From Myxococcota bacterium (GTDB lineage Bacteria; Myxococcota_A; UBA9160; UBA6930), in NCBI GenBank assembly GCA_965223705.1, contig OZ245015.1:3842582-3906581 (forward strand): a DNA stretch of 64,000 bases, read 5' to 3'. Both the position numbers and the translations under genes were made by a program. Shown here piece after piece: positions 1 through 8,653 of this stretch (position 1 is the first letter of the stretch; each line of letters begins with the position of its first letter). A model generated the notes under the pieces. It was not told where the DNA came from, did not search any database, and saw nothing but the letters and a program-made list of their open reading frames with translations.

Positions 1-531
1 CACGCTGACACCGACGGCGGGATTTCGCGAAGCGAACTCGGCGACGAGGGCTTCTGCTTCGACGCGGTTGCAGACGTTGTGCGCCGCGGGGTGTCCGCGC
101 AGCGGCTGTTTCTCGTCGAGGTAGTTCGGGTTGTCGGGCTTCGGCCCGTAGAGCATCGTGCTCGACGCGACGACCAGACGCTGGATCTTCGAGGCTTCAC
201 AAGCGTGAAGCAGATGCATGGTACCGATCGTCTCGAATTCGTGGTCGGCTTCGGGGTCGCGCCCGGGCTCCCGCCGGAACGCCGTGTGAAGTACCGCCTC
301 CACCTTCTCTTCCCGCAGAATTTCCGCGAGCGCGCTGCCCGCGGTGGGCTCGCTGAGATCGATGCGTCGGAGCTCGAGATCGGGTCCTGCGAACTGCGGT
401 CGACTCAAGTCGAGGCCCACCACGCGAACCCCGCTGACGCAGAGCGCCTCGGCGGCGCGACGCCCGATAGCGGTCCGGAGCCCGGTGATCGCCACGGTGG
501 CGGGCGCGCTGCTAGCCCAGGAAGCCGTCAT
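1..531 (-). CDS. NAD-dependent epimerase/dehydratase-family (extended SDR) protein, N-terminal part; C-terminus lies beyond the window edge
   Basis: My own reverse translation from ATG (complement of 529-531): MTASWASSAPATVAITGLRTAIGRRAAEAL...EAVLHTAF...IQRLVVASSTMLYGPKPDNP. It has a Rossmann-like N-terminus and an SST..Y block typical of SDR epimerases. It is absent from the ORF track because it runs off the edge. Confidence 0.55.
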   Translation of the reverse strand, partial: MTASWASSAPATVAITGLRTAIGRRAAEALCVSGVRVVGLDLSRPQFAGPDLELRRIDLSEPTAGSALAEILREEKVEAVLHTAFRREPGRDPEADHEFETIGTMHLLHACEASKIQRLVVASSTMLYGPKPDNPNYLDEKQPLRGHPAAHNVCNRVEAEALVAEFASRNPAVGVSV

Positions 532-566
532 GAACGCCACCCCGTTCGGCGGTACGCTTTCGCGTC

Positions 567-1637
567 ATGACCGTATCCGCTTCGGACGTTCCGAGACGCG
601 TCGGATGGGTGTACGACACGTGTTTTTCCGCGCACCGTGGGCCTGTGAGCCACCCCGAGCGCCCCGCGCGTTTGGACGCCGTCGCAGCCGCCGCGAGCGC
701 GTTCCAAGCAGGGCTTCTCCCGAGGCCACTCCGCGAAGCGACCGATGGGGAATTGCGCAGGATCCACACGTCGTCTCATCTCGAGCGCCTGGCTTCGGGA
801 TGCGAGCGGGCCCCCGCGCAACTGGATGCCGATACGTACCTCGCACCGGAGAGTTTTTCGGTCGCCCGCTTGGCGACGGGCGGATTGATCGATCTGTGTT
901 CGAACGTTGCGCGCGGCCAACTGGACTGTGGCGTTGCGGCGATCCGCCCTCCCGGCCACCACGCCGAGGCCGACCGGGCGATGGGCTTCTGCCTCATCAA
1001 CCAGGTCGCGGTGGCCGCCAGCTCGCTGCGCGCGCAACAACTCGCCGAACGAATCCTGATCATCGATTGGGACGTGCACCATGGGAATGGGACGCAGCAT
1101 AGCTTTGAGAACGATCCCGACGTGCTCTACGCCTCGACGCACCAATATCCCTACTACCCAGGGACGGGGGCCGCGACGGAAGTCGGTGCCGGCCGGGGCG
1201 TCGGCGCGACATTGAACGTTCCGCTCGCCGCAGGTGCGGGCGACTCCGAATACACCTGCGTCTTCGAAAGACTGATCGCGCCGGCCGCGCGCGCCTTTCG
1301 GCCGGATTTCATCCTCGTTTCGACGGGTTTCGACCCCCATCGCGACGACCCGCTGGCGGATATGCGGGTCACGGAAGAAGGCTTTCGGGCGATGGCGGGC
1401 GTGGTCCGCGGGCTGGCGGACACCCTGTGCGGCGGAAAGCTCGTCTTCGCCCTCGAAGGCGGCTACTCGCCGAGCGGCCTCGCGGCGGGCACTCGCGCCG
1501 TACTGCGTGCGGCGCTGGCGGATCGTGACGACGAGGTCTCATGGGCCTCGGACCCACCCAACCCCCGGATCCTCGCCCTCATCGAGGAAATTCGGGGTAT
1601 TCACGGCCGACGGGTTCCGGATCTCGGCGCTCGCTAG
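567..1637 (+). CDS. Histone deacetylase-family (HDAC/AcuC/acetylpolyamine amidohydrolase-like) protein
   Basis: 356 aa. It carries the hallmark HDAC motifs RPPGHHAE, MGFCLINQVAVAA, IIDWDVHHGNGTQ and GFDPHRDDPL..EGGY. Confidence 0.85.
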   Translation: MTVSASDVPRRVGWVYDTCFSAHRGPVSHPERPARLDAVAAAASAFQAGLLPRPLREATDGELRRIHTSSHLERLASGCERAPAQLDADTYLAPESFSVARLATGGLIDLCSNVARGQLDCGVAAIRPPGHHAEADRAMGFCLINQVAVAASSLRAQQLAERILIIDWDVHHGNGTQHSFENDPDVLYASTHQYPYYPGTGAATEVGAGRGVGATLNVPLAAGAGDSEYTCVFERLIAPAARAFRPDFILVSTGFDPHRDDPLADMRVTEEGFRAMAGVVRGLADTLCGGKLVFALEGGYSPSGLAAGTRAVLRAALADRDDEVSWASDPPNPRILALIEEIRGIHGRRVPDLGAR

Positions 1638-1830
1638 ACGGACGACGCGCAGAAAACCTCCGTGGGCTTTCGCAGTAGCTTCGCCAGGCCCGCGAAGCGC
1701 CCCCGGATATTGTGGCTCCTTTTTCGTCTGAACCCTATATCTTGTGTCGTGCTCTAGAGCGAAAAAAAACTTTGTTTTCGCGACTTTACGGCTTGTTTTT
1801 CCAGTCGGTGCCGGGTAGAACAGGGGCGTT

Positions 1831-1860
1831 AGGTGGGGTCAGGTGGGATCAGGTGTTAAC
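1831..1860 (+). promoter_or_regulatory. Candidate MraZ operator: three direct 10-nt repeats AGGTGGGGTC / AGGTGGGATC / AGGTGTTAAC
   Basis: The repeats are head-to-tail with exact 10-bp phasing. They lie about 80 nt upstream of the mraZ ATG and just downstream of an AT-rich stretch (1720-1800, including an A8 run). The layout matches the GTGGG-type direct repeats bound by MraZ in E. coli. Confidence 0.6.
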
Positions 1861-1940
1861 CGGGTCGTCCCGCCAAACGCCTTGGGGTGAGAAAAAAGCC
1901 GGTGCCCCGTTGATCCGGCTGGTTGGCGAGCTCCTCTGCG

Positions 1941-2387
1941 ATGGCAAAAGGTCGACACGATCACACCCTCGACGCGAAAGGTCGCGTCAGCATCCCGGCG
2001 GGGTTCCGAGTGGAACTCGACGATCCAGACGGTAGGCCGCCGGTGATGACGCGCCTCGTCGACCGACCCGCCCTGGGAATTTTTCCAGCCAAGCGCTGGG
2101 CCGAGATCGAGGCACGACTGGACAAGATGTCAACCGTTCAACCGAAAGTCCAGACCGTACGCCGGCTCCTCGTGGGCCATGCGGTGGACTGCCCGATCGA
2201 CAAGAACGGTCGGATTTCGGTGCCTCAGCCCTTGCGCGAAGTGGCATCGCTCAAGCGCGACGTCGTTCTGCTCGGAACGGGTCGTTGCATCGAGCTTTGG
2301 GATCGCGCCGCGCTCGACGCGGTTTTGGATGTGCCCCAGGACGAGGCCGAAGACATTGCTTCGGTCGCGGCCGAGGCCGGTTTCTAA
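1941..2387 (+). CDS. mraZ: Transcriptional regulator MraZ
   Basis: MAKGRHDHTLDAKGRVSIPAGFR... with a second SpoVT/AbrB-like half (DKNGRISVPQPLR). It is the first gene of the dcw cluster. I chose the ATG at 1941 rather than the track's TTG at 1923. Confidence 0.9.
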   Translation: MAKGRHDHTLDAKGRVSIPAGFRVELDDPDGRPPVMTRLVDRPALGIFPAKRWAEIEARLDKMSTVQPKVQTVRRLLVGHAVDCPIDKNGRISVPQPLREVASLKRDVVLLGTGRCIELWDRAALDAVLDVPQDEAEDIASVAAEAGF

Positions 2388-2586
2388 GAGGTTGGACATT
2401 TGGGGAACCCGAAGGATCAGTCCTTCGGCCGAGAGATGGGGTGTCTCCGGAGCGCCCGCGGTGAGCGGGCGGCGATTGTTGGGGGGCGATTTCCGCTCTG
2501 CTTCTTAAGGTGCTCCGGAGCACCCCGATCTCTTCCCATCGTTCCCCGAAACCGCAGCAACGCCTAGGGCAATCGAGGTCGCTGCG

Positions 2587-3546
2587 TTGACCGGCAAGCG
2601 GAGCTACCACGAACCCGTTCTCCTCGAGGAGTGCCTCGACGTGTTAGCCCTACGACCCGGCGCACTCGTGGTCGACGGCACCTTGGGCGACGGCGGGCAC
2701 GCCGAAGCGATTCTCGAGCGGACGGCTCCCGACGGACAACTCCTCGGACTCGACTGGGACGACGACGCACTGCGCATCGCCGGTGACCGGCTCGCGAGCT
2801 TTGGGGATCGCGTGATTCTGGTACGCGCGTCGTTCGCCGAACTCGAGCTCGTGCTGCGGGAGCAGCGCCTCGCCGGCGTCGATGCCCTGCTCCTCGACCT
2901 CGGCGTTTCGTCTCGCCAGCTCGATTCCGCGGAGCGGGGCTTTCGCTTTCGCGACGCGGACGTGCCGGTCGCCCTCGATATGAGAATGGACCGAAGTCGT
3001 GCGGAGAACGCCGCCGATCTCGTGGCGCGCGCCAGCGTCTCGGAGCTGGTTGACTGGTTTTCGCGCTACGGCGAGTTGCCCGGCTCGAAACGACTGGCAC
3101 GCGCCCTGGTCGAAGCCCGAAAGACGGGCCCCATTCGCACCGCGGCCGACCTTCTCCGCGTGATCGAAGAGTCGGGGATCGGTCGCGGACGGAAGCACCA
3201 TCCGGCGACGTTGGTTTTCCAGGCGCTGCGACTCGCCACGAACGAAGAACTCGACGCCCTGGCCCGTGTGCTCGACGCGGCCCCGCGCTGCCTGCACGCG
3301 GGCGGTCGTCTCGCGGTGATCTCGTACCATTCGCTCGAAGACCGTCTCGTCAAGAACGCGCTGCGCGACGGCGAGCGTGGCTGCGTCTGCCCGCCGAAGA
3401 TTCCCGTTTGTGTATGCGGACGGGAACCCGTCTATCGGCGCCTGACGAAGCGCCCGGTGGCGCCGAGCGACGCGGAAATCGCACTCAACCCGAGAGCGCG
3501 TTCGGCGAAACTGCGCGCCGCCGTGCGCCTTCCGGAAGCGGCGTAG
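2587..3546 (+). CDS. rsmH: 16S rRNA (cytosine1402-N4)-methyltransferase RsmH (MraW)
   Basis: HEPVLLEECL, DGTLGDGGHA, LLDLGVSSRQLD and ISYHSLEDRLVK motifs. Position after mraZ. TTG start with GAGG about 8 nt upstream. Confidence 0.9.
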   Translation: MTGKRSYHEPVLLEECLDVLALRPGALVVDGTLGDGGHAEAILERTAPDGQLLGLDWDDDALRIAGDRLASFGDRVILVRASFAELELVLREQRLAGVDALLLDLGVSSRQLDSAERGFRFRDADVPVALDMRMDRSRAENAADLVARASVSELVDWFSRYGELPGSKRLARALVEARKTGPIRTAADLLRVIEESGIGRGRKHHPATLVFQALRLATNEELDALARVLDAAPRCLHAGGRLAVISYHSLEDRLVKNALRDGERGCVCPPKIPVCVCGREPVYRRLTKRPVAPSDAEIALNPRARSAKLRAAVRLPEAA

Positions 3547-3551
3547 GTCTC

Positions 3552-3908
3552 GTGGCAAAGGGCAACCGACGGAACCGTCGCTTCTCATTCCGGAGCTCCT
3601 CGGACGCGCGAAGAACGAAGGCGCGCGCACAGCTCCCCGTGCTCAGCCGGCGCGAGTGCATCGGCTGGGCACTCGTCGCGATCGGCGGGCTCTCTCTCGT
3701 GGGTCTTCGCATTCACGTGATCCGCTTGCGCTACGCGCTCGGACGCGCCGCTCGGGAAGAACAATACTTGGCCACGCGCGAGCGAGGCGCCCGGGCCTCT
3801 CTCGCCGCCCTGCGCGACCCCAAGCGGCTTTCACGACTCGCACGCGAGCGTGGCTTCGCTCCGCCGGAGCGTATCCTGCGCGTCGGTGATCGGGACGCCG
3901 CTCCGTGA
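3552..3908 (+). CDS. ftsL: FtsL-like cell division protein (small bitopic membrane protein)
   Basis: 118 aa from the GTG at 3552. It has a basic N-tail, one TM segment (IGWALVAIGGLSLVGLRIHVI) and a short helical region. It occupies the conserved slot between rsmH and ftsI, and its stop overlaps the ftsI start (GTGA). Confidence 0.55.
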   Translation: MAKGNRRNRRFSFRSSSDARRTKARAQLPVLSRRECIGWALVAIGGLSLVGLRIHVIRLRYALGRAAREEQYLATRERGARASLAALRDPKRLSRLARERGFAPPERILRVGDRDAAP

Positions 3909-5728
3909 GGAAGCGCGAGAAAAGCTCCCGCGGCGATCGGCGAAAAGCAGACGGGGCAAAACGTCGGCGGCGGCGCGACGCCCCGCCCGAGAACCCGCGA
4001 AAGAGCCCCGAGCGCGATCCCATCGCACGATCGCGCGCGCGAATGCGGATCGCCTCGATCTTCCTGGCGGCGAGTTTTGTCGGTTTGGGGGCGCGAGCGA
4101 CGCACCTGTCCCTGTTCGAGACCCGGAGTGCCGCGCGTAGCAAGGCCCAAGGCGTCGCGAGCATCGCGATTCCAGCCGCGCGAGGTTCCGTCTACGATCG
4201 CCACGGGGCCGCGCTGGTCGTGAGCGTGCGAGCGCCGTCGGTCTTCGCCCACCCCACCAGAATCAGCGACCCCGTCGCCGCGGCTCGCACACTCGCACCG
4301 CTCCTCAACCGGAGCCGGGAGGCGCTCGCGAAGCGCATGCGATCCCCCCACGGTTTCGTGTTTCTCTCGCGCTGGGTTTCCGAGGACACCGCACAACGCG
4401 TCGCGGAAGCGGGGATCCCTGGGATCGGCGTGACGGACGAACCGCGGCGTCGTTATCCGCTCGGTGAACTCGCTGCACAGGTCTTGGGGTTCTCGAATAT
4501 CGACGGCGAAGGGGTCCGAGGCGTCGAACGTTTCGAAGATCACTGGCTGCGCGGCGAACGTCACACGGTCGCCGTCGAACGGGACGCGAAGCGACGCGCT
4601 CTCGCGCCGGGAAGGCTCGCCCCGGAACTCGGAATGGGTGGCGACATCGCGTTGACGCTCGACGCCGGCACGCAGGCCCACGTCGAACGCTCTCTCGAAC
4701 GCGTGGTCCGCGAAACCGGGTCCCGCGGCGGCATCGCTTTGCTGATCGACCCTCGCAGCGGCGACATCCTGGCGCTCGCCGAGCGGCCGACCTTCAACCC
4801 CAACCGCTTTCGAGACGTTCCGTTCCGGGAGACTCGCGCGCAATCCTGGAGCGACGCTTTGGAACCCGGTTCGACGCTCAAACCCTTCCTCGTCGCCGCG
4901 GCGATGGAGAACGGCGCGATCTCTCGCGAGAGCGAAATCGATTGTGGGAGAGGGAGCTTCTCTCTTCCCGGCAAAACACTGCGCGACGCGCGCGCGTTCG
5001 GAGTCATTTCGATCGCGGACGTGTTGCGGTTCTCGAGCAACATCGGCGCTGCGAAGATCGGCTTCGCGCTCGGAGCGGAACGTCACTACGCAGCGCTGCG
5101 AGCGTTCGGCTTCGGCGAGAAGACGGGCAGCGGTTTCCCGGGCGAGTCCGCCGGCCTGTTGCGGGACTGGCGCAATTGGCGCGAGGTGGATCACGCGACG
5201 ATTTCGTTCGGGCACGGCGTCAGTGTGACCGTCCTGCAGCTCGCTAGCGCCATGGGCGCCCTCGCCCACGAAGGCGTCTGGCGCGAACCGCGCATCGTCT
5301 CCGCGCGGAAACGGGATCGCGGATCATGGGAAGCCGACCCGCCGGGCGTCACGCGGCGCAGCACGAGCCGCAGCACCGCCGCGGCCGTGAGCGCCATGCT
5401 GGAGACCGCGGTAGAACCGGGCGGCACGGGCGCACGCGCCGCCGTTGCGGGCGCGCGAGTCGCCGGCAAGACCGGCACGGCGCAGAAGTTCGACGCGCAG
5501 CTCGGCCGCTACGCGAACGATCGGCATCTCGCATGGTTCGCGGGTTCGGCGAAGATGGGCGACCACCACTTTGTCGGTGTCGTGATGCTTGACGAACCGA
5601 GAGGTCAAGCCAACACCGGCGGGGCCGTGGCCGCACCGCTCTTCGCCGAAATCATCGAAGGCGAACTTCTGCGACGCGGCTTTGCCGCGATGCCGGTTTC
5701 GGATCGTGCGGCCGGAGACGCCGGCTAG
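3905..5728 (+). CDS. ftsI: Peptidoglycan D,D-transpeptidase FtsI (PBP3)
   Basis: 607 aa with an N-terminal TM segment and the transpeptidase motifs STLKPF (SxxK), SSN and KTGT. dcw position. Confidence 0.85.
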   Translation: MRKREKSSRGDRRKADGAKRRRRRDAPPENPRKSPERDPIARSRARMRIASIFLAASFVGLGARATHLSLFETRSAARSKAQGVASIAIPAARGSVYDRHGAALVVSVRAPSVFAHPTRISDPVAAARTLAPLLNRSREALAKRMRSPHGFVFLSRWVSEDTAQRVAEAGIPGIGVTDEPRRRYPLGELAAQVLGFSNIDGEGVRGVERFEDHWLRGERHTVAVERDAKRRALAPGRLAPELGMGGDIALTLDAGTQAHVERSLERVVRETGSRGGIALLIDPRSGDILALAERPTFNPNRFRDVPFRETRAQSWSDALEPGSTLKPFLVAAAMENGAISRESEIDCGRGSFSLPGKTLRDARAFGVISIADVLRFSSNIGAAKIGFALGAERHYAALRAFGFGEKTGSGFPGESAGLLRDWRNWREVDHATISFGHGVSVTVLQLASAMGALAHEGVWREPRIVSARKRDRGSWEADPPGVTRRSTSRSTAAAVSAMLETAVEPGGTGARAAVAGARVAGKTGTAQKFDAQLGRYANDRHLAWFAGSAKMGDHHFVGVVMLDEPRGQANTGGAVAAPLFAEIIEGELLRRGFAAMPVSDRAAGDAG

Positions 5729-7263
5729 TGCGGCTTGCGGAACTGATCTCCGCCCTGCCCGACCGCGTTTCCGCGCAATGGATCGGAGAGCCGGCGCCCG
5801 AGACCCATGTTCGAGGCTTGTCCTACGACTCGCGACAAGTCGCTCCCGGGGATCTGTTCGTCGCTCTTCGCGGATCGGGCACCGACGGCCATCGGTTTAT
5901 CGACCACGCGATCGCGAGCGGTGCCGCAGCGGTGTGGCTCGAATCCGCCGATGCGGCGAAGAGCGACGTACCCTGCGTCGTCGTCTCCGACAGCCGAGCG
6001 GCACTCGCGCACATTGCTGCGCCTTTCTTCGGCTATCCCGCACGAGAACTCGCACTGCTCGGCGTCACGGGAACGAACGGCAAAACCAGCACATGCACGC
6101 TGGTCGAATCCATCCTCGAGCGCGCGGGGCATGAAACGGGCCTCATCGGAACCGTCGAGATTCGCTACGCAGACGAGCGGATCCGCAGCATCAACACGAC
6201 ACCGGAGAGCCTCGACCTCCAGCGCACGTTGCGATCCATGCGAACGGCGAGCGTCGAGGTCGTCGCGATGGAAGTCTCGTCACACGGCTTGGTGCTGGGC
6301 CGTGTCACGGGCTGCGTGTTCCGCGTCGCCGCCGTCTCGAACGTCACGCAAGATCACCTCGACTTCCACGGCGACATGGAGACGTACGTCGCGGCGAAAC
6401 TCCTGTTGTTCAGCGACTACTTGGCACCGGATGGTTGGGCCGTCATCAACGCGGACGACCCCAGCGAGCAGCGCTTCGTCGGAGCGGCGCGCGAGCGGGG
6501 AGCGCGCGTTCTACGCGTGTCGGCGAGGGGTCGAGACGACGCCGACCTGCGGGTCGAGCGCGCCGAACACAGCATCGAGCGGACTCTGCTTCGCATCGCG
6601 ACGCCGAGCGGTCCTCTCGAAACGTCTCTCCCGTTGATCGGCGCGCTCAACGTCGACAACGCCGTGCTCGCCGCGGGAATCGCGACGGCGTACGGTGTTC
6701 CCAATGCGGCGATCGCAACGGGACTATCGCAATGCCCGCAGGTTCCCGGCCGGGTCGAGCGCTTGAGCTCATCCTCGGATGCGACCCATGTTTTCGTCGA
6801 CTACGCGCACACACCGGACGCGCTGTCCAAACTGCTCCGAACGTTGCGTCCGCTCACGAGCGGCCGGCTGGTGGTCGTCTTCGGTTGCGGCGGCGACCGC
6901 GATCGCGGAAAGCGCCCGTTGATGGCGGAAGCGGTCTCCGAACACGCCGACTTGGCGATCGCGACCAGCGACAACCCGCGCACCGAAGATCCGGAGCGAA
7001 TCCTCGACGATATGGCGGCTGGGCTGGCCTCACTCCCCGACATTCCCGCCGCGGATCTCCGGACCGCCAAGCGCGGGGCCGTGCGGGTTGTCGATCGACG
7101 AACCGCGATCCAGCTCGCGATCGATGCCGGAGGGCGCGGCGACACGATCGTGCTGGCCGGAAAGGGGCACGAGGACTACCAGATCATCGGAAACGAGCGG
7201 CTGCCGTTCGACGATCGCGACGAAGCTCGTAAGGCTCTGCGGAAGGAGCGATCGCGTGAGTGA
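5728..7263 (+). CDS. murE: UDP-N-acetylmuramoyl-L-alanyl-D-glutamate--2,6-diaminopimelate ligase MurE
   Basis: GVTGTNGKTST P-loop, a Mur ligase middle domain and the DNPR motif (TSDNPRTEDP) typical of meso-DAP-adding MurE. Confidence 0.9.
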   Translation: MRLAELISALPDRVSAQWIGEPAPETHVRGLSYDSRQVAPGDLFVALRGSGTDGHRFIDHAIASGAAAVWLESADAAKSDVPCVVVSDSRAALAHIAAPFFGYPARELALLGVTGTNGKTSTCTLVESILERAGHETGLIGTVEIRYADERIRSINTTPESLDLQRTLRSMRTASVEVVAMEVSSHGLVLGRVTGCVFRVAAVSNVTQDHLDFHGDMETYVAAKLLLFSDYLAPDGWAVINADDPSEQRFVGAARERGARVLRVSARGRDDADLRVERAEHSIERTLLRIATPSGPLETSLPLIGALNVDNAVLAAGIATAYGVPNAAIATGLSQCPQVPGRVERLSSSSDATHVFVDYAHTPDALSKLLRTLRPLTSGRLVVVFGCGGDRDRGKRPLMAEAVSEHADLAIATSDNPRTEDPERILDDMAAGLASLPDIPAADLRTAKRGAVRVVDRRTAIQLAIDAGGRGDTIVLAGKGHEDYQIIGNERLPFDDRDEARKALRKERSRE

Positions 7264-8653
7264 AGCCTTCGATCTCGCTGATGTGCTGCAGTGGTGTGGC
7301 GGCAAGACCAAGCCTGGGGCGCCCACCGTGCGCGTGACCGGCGTCTCGATCGACTCCAGGACGACTTCGCCGGGCGACCTGTTCGTCGCCGTGCGCGGCG
7401 AGAGCTTGGACGGACACCGGTTTGTGGCAGCTGCTGCGGAACAAGGCGCATTGGCCGCGGTTGTAGATGATGAAACCGCCATCGATGGAGTCCCCGAGTC
7501 GCTACCGATCGTCGTGGTCGAAGACTCGACGCGAGCGTTGGGCGCTTTGGCCCACGGTCATCGATTGCGGTTTGACGGCCCGCTGGTCGCGATTACCGGA
7601 AGCAACGGAAAGACCACGACCAAAGAAATGACCGCTGCGGTTCTCGCGATTCGCGGTGCCTGCCTGAAGACCCAGGGAAACCTCAACAACCAGTTCGGCC
7701 TCCCGTTGACACTCCTTTCCCGCGAGTCGTCGCACGAGAACGCGGTGGTCGAGATCGGCATGAACCACCGCGGCGAGATCGCGCCGCTGGCCGCTATCGC
7801 CGCGCCCACCGTCGGCGTCATCACGAACGTCGGAACGGCCCACATCGAGTTCCTGGGGAGCCAAGACGAAATCGCCCTCGAGAAAGGTGATCTCGTCGCG
7901 GGACTTCCGAAAACCGCCACCGCCGTGCTGAATGCCGACGACCCGCGCGTGATCGCACAGGCCGAACGGTGTGAAGCACACATTCTCTCTTTCGGGCTGT
8001 CTTCCGAAGCCGCGGTCCGCGGCGAACGCGTGACACCCCTCGGCGAGCAGGGTTTTGCGTTCGATGTCGCGTTCGGCGGAGAGCGTTGCGCCGTTCACGT
8101 GCGCGGCCTCGGTGAAACCACGGTCATCAATGCCCTCGCCGCAGCCGCCGCCGGAATCGCGACCGGCATGCCGCTCCGCGACGTCGCCAACGGATTGGCG
8201 CGCTATGAACCCGTCGGGGGCCGCATGGAAAAAGTGACGCTCCCGCGGAATATCATCGTCATCAACGACACGTACAACGCCAACCCTCAGTCGACGGCCG
8301 TTGCGCTTCGCAGTCTGTCGCGCCTCAAAGGCGCGTCGCGGGGGATCGCGGTGCTCGGCGACATGGGAGAGCTCGGAGAAACTGCGCAGAGTGGCCATCG
8401 CGGCAACGGCCGACTCGTCGCCGAGCTCGGACTCGACTATCTGTTTGCGCTCGGCAAATGGGCGGACGAAACGGCACAAGCGGCCCGCGAGGGAGGCATG
8501 GACCCGGGGCGCATCGTCGTCGCGCGGGATCACGGCGAGCTCTTCGAGGCCATCCGCAACGTTCTTCAAGGAGATGACTGGGTACTGGTCAAGGGGTCGC
8601 GCGCGATGCAGATGGAAACAGTCGTCGAACGTCTCGCCGGTGAGATCGGCTAG
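7256..8653 (+). CDS. murF: UDP-N-acetylmuramoyl-tripeptide--D-alanyl-D-alanine ligase MurF
   Basis: The GTG at 7256 overlaps the murE stop. ITGSNGKTTTKEM P-loop, NNQFGLPLTLL, and a Mur ligase C-terminal domain. Confidence 0.9.
   Translation: MSEAFDLADVLQWCGGKTKPGAPTVRVTGVSIDSRTTSPGDLFVAVRGESLDGHRFVAAAAEQGALAAVVDDETAIDGVPESLPIVVVEDSTRALGALAHGHRLRFDGPLVAITGSNGKTTTKEMTAAVLAIRGACLKTQGNLNNQFGLPLTLLSRESSHENAVVEIGMNHRGEIAPLAAIAAPTVGVITNVGTAHIEFLGSQDEIALEKGDLVAGLPKTATAVLNADDPRVIAQAERCEAHILSFGLSSEAAVRGERVTPLGEQGFAFDVAFGGERCAVHVRGLGETTVINALAAAAAGIATGMPLRDVANGLARYEPVGGRMEKVTLPRNIIVINDTYNANPQSTAVALRSLSRLKGASRGIAVLGDMGELGETAQSGHRGNGRLVAELGLDYLFALGKWADETAQAAREGGMDPGRIVVARDHGELFEAIRNVLQGDDWVLVKGSRAMQMETVVERLAGEIG

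Noticed and set aside
3731-5269. 512-aa ORF antisense to ftsI. The 3643-4164 and 4561-5043 minus-strand ORFs are similar.
   Set aside because: It lies fully inside and opposite a gene with clear PBP motifs. The translation is Arg/Ala/Gly/Pro-rich low-complexity sequence typical of off-frame reading of GC-rich DNA, with no recognisable motifs.
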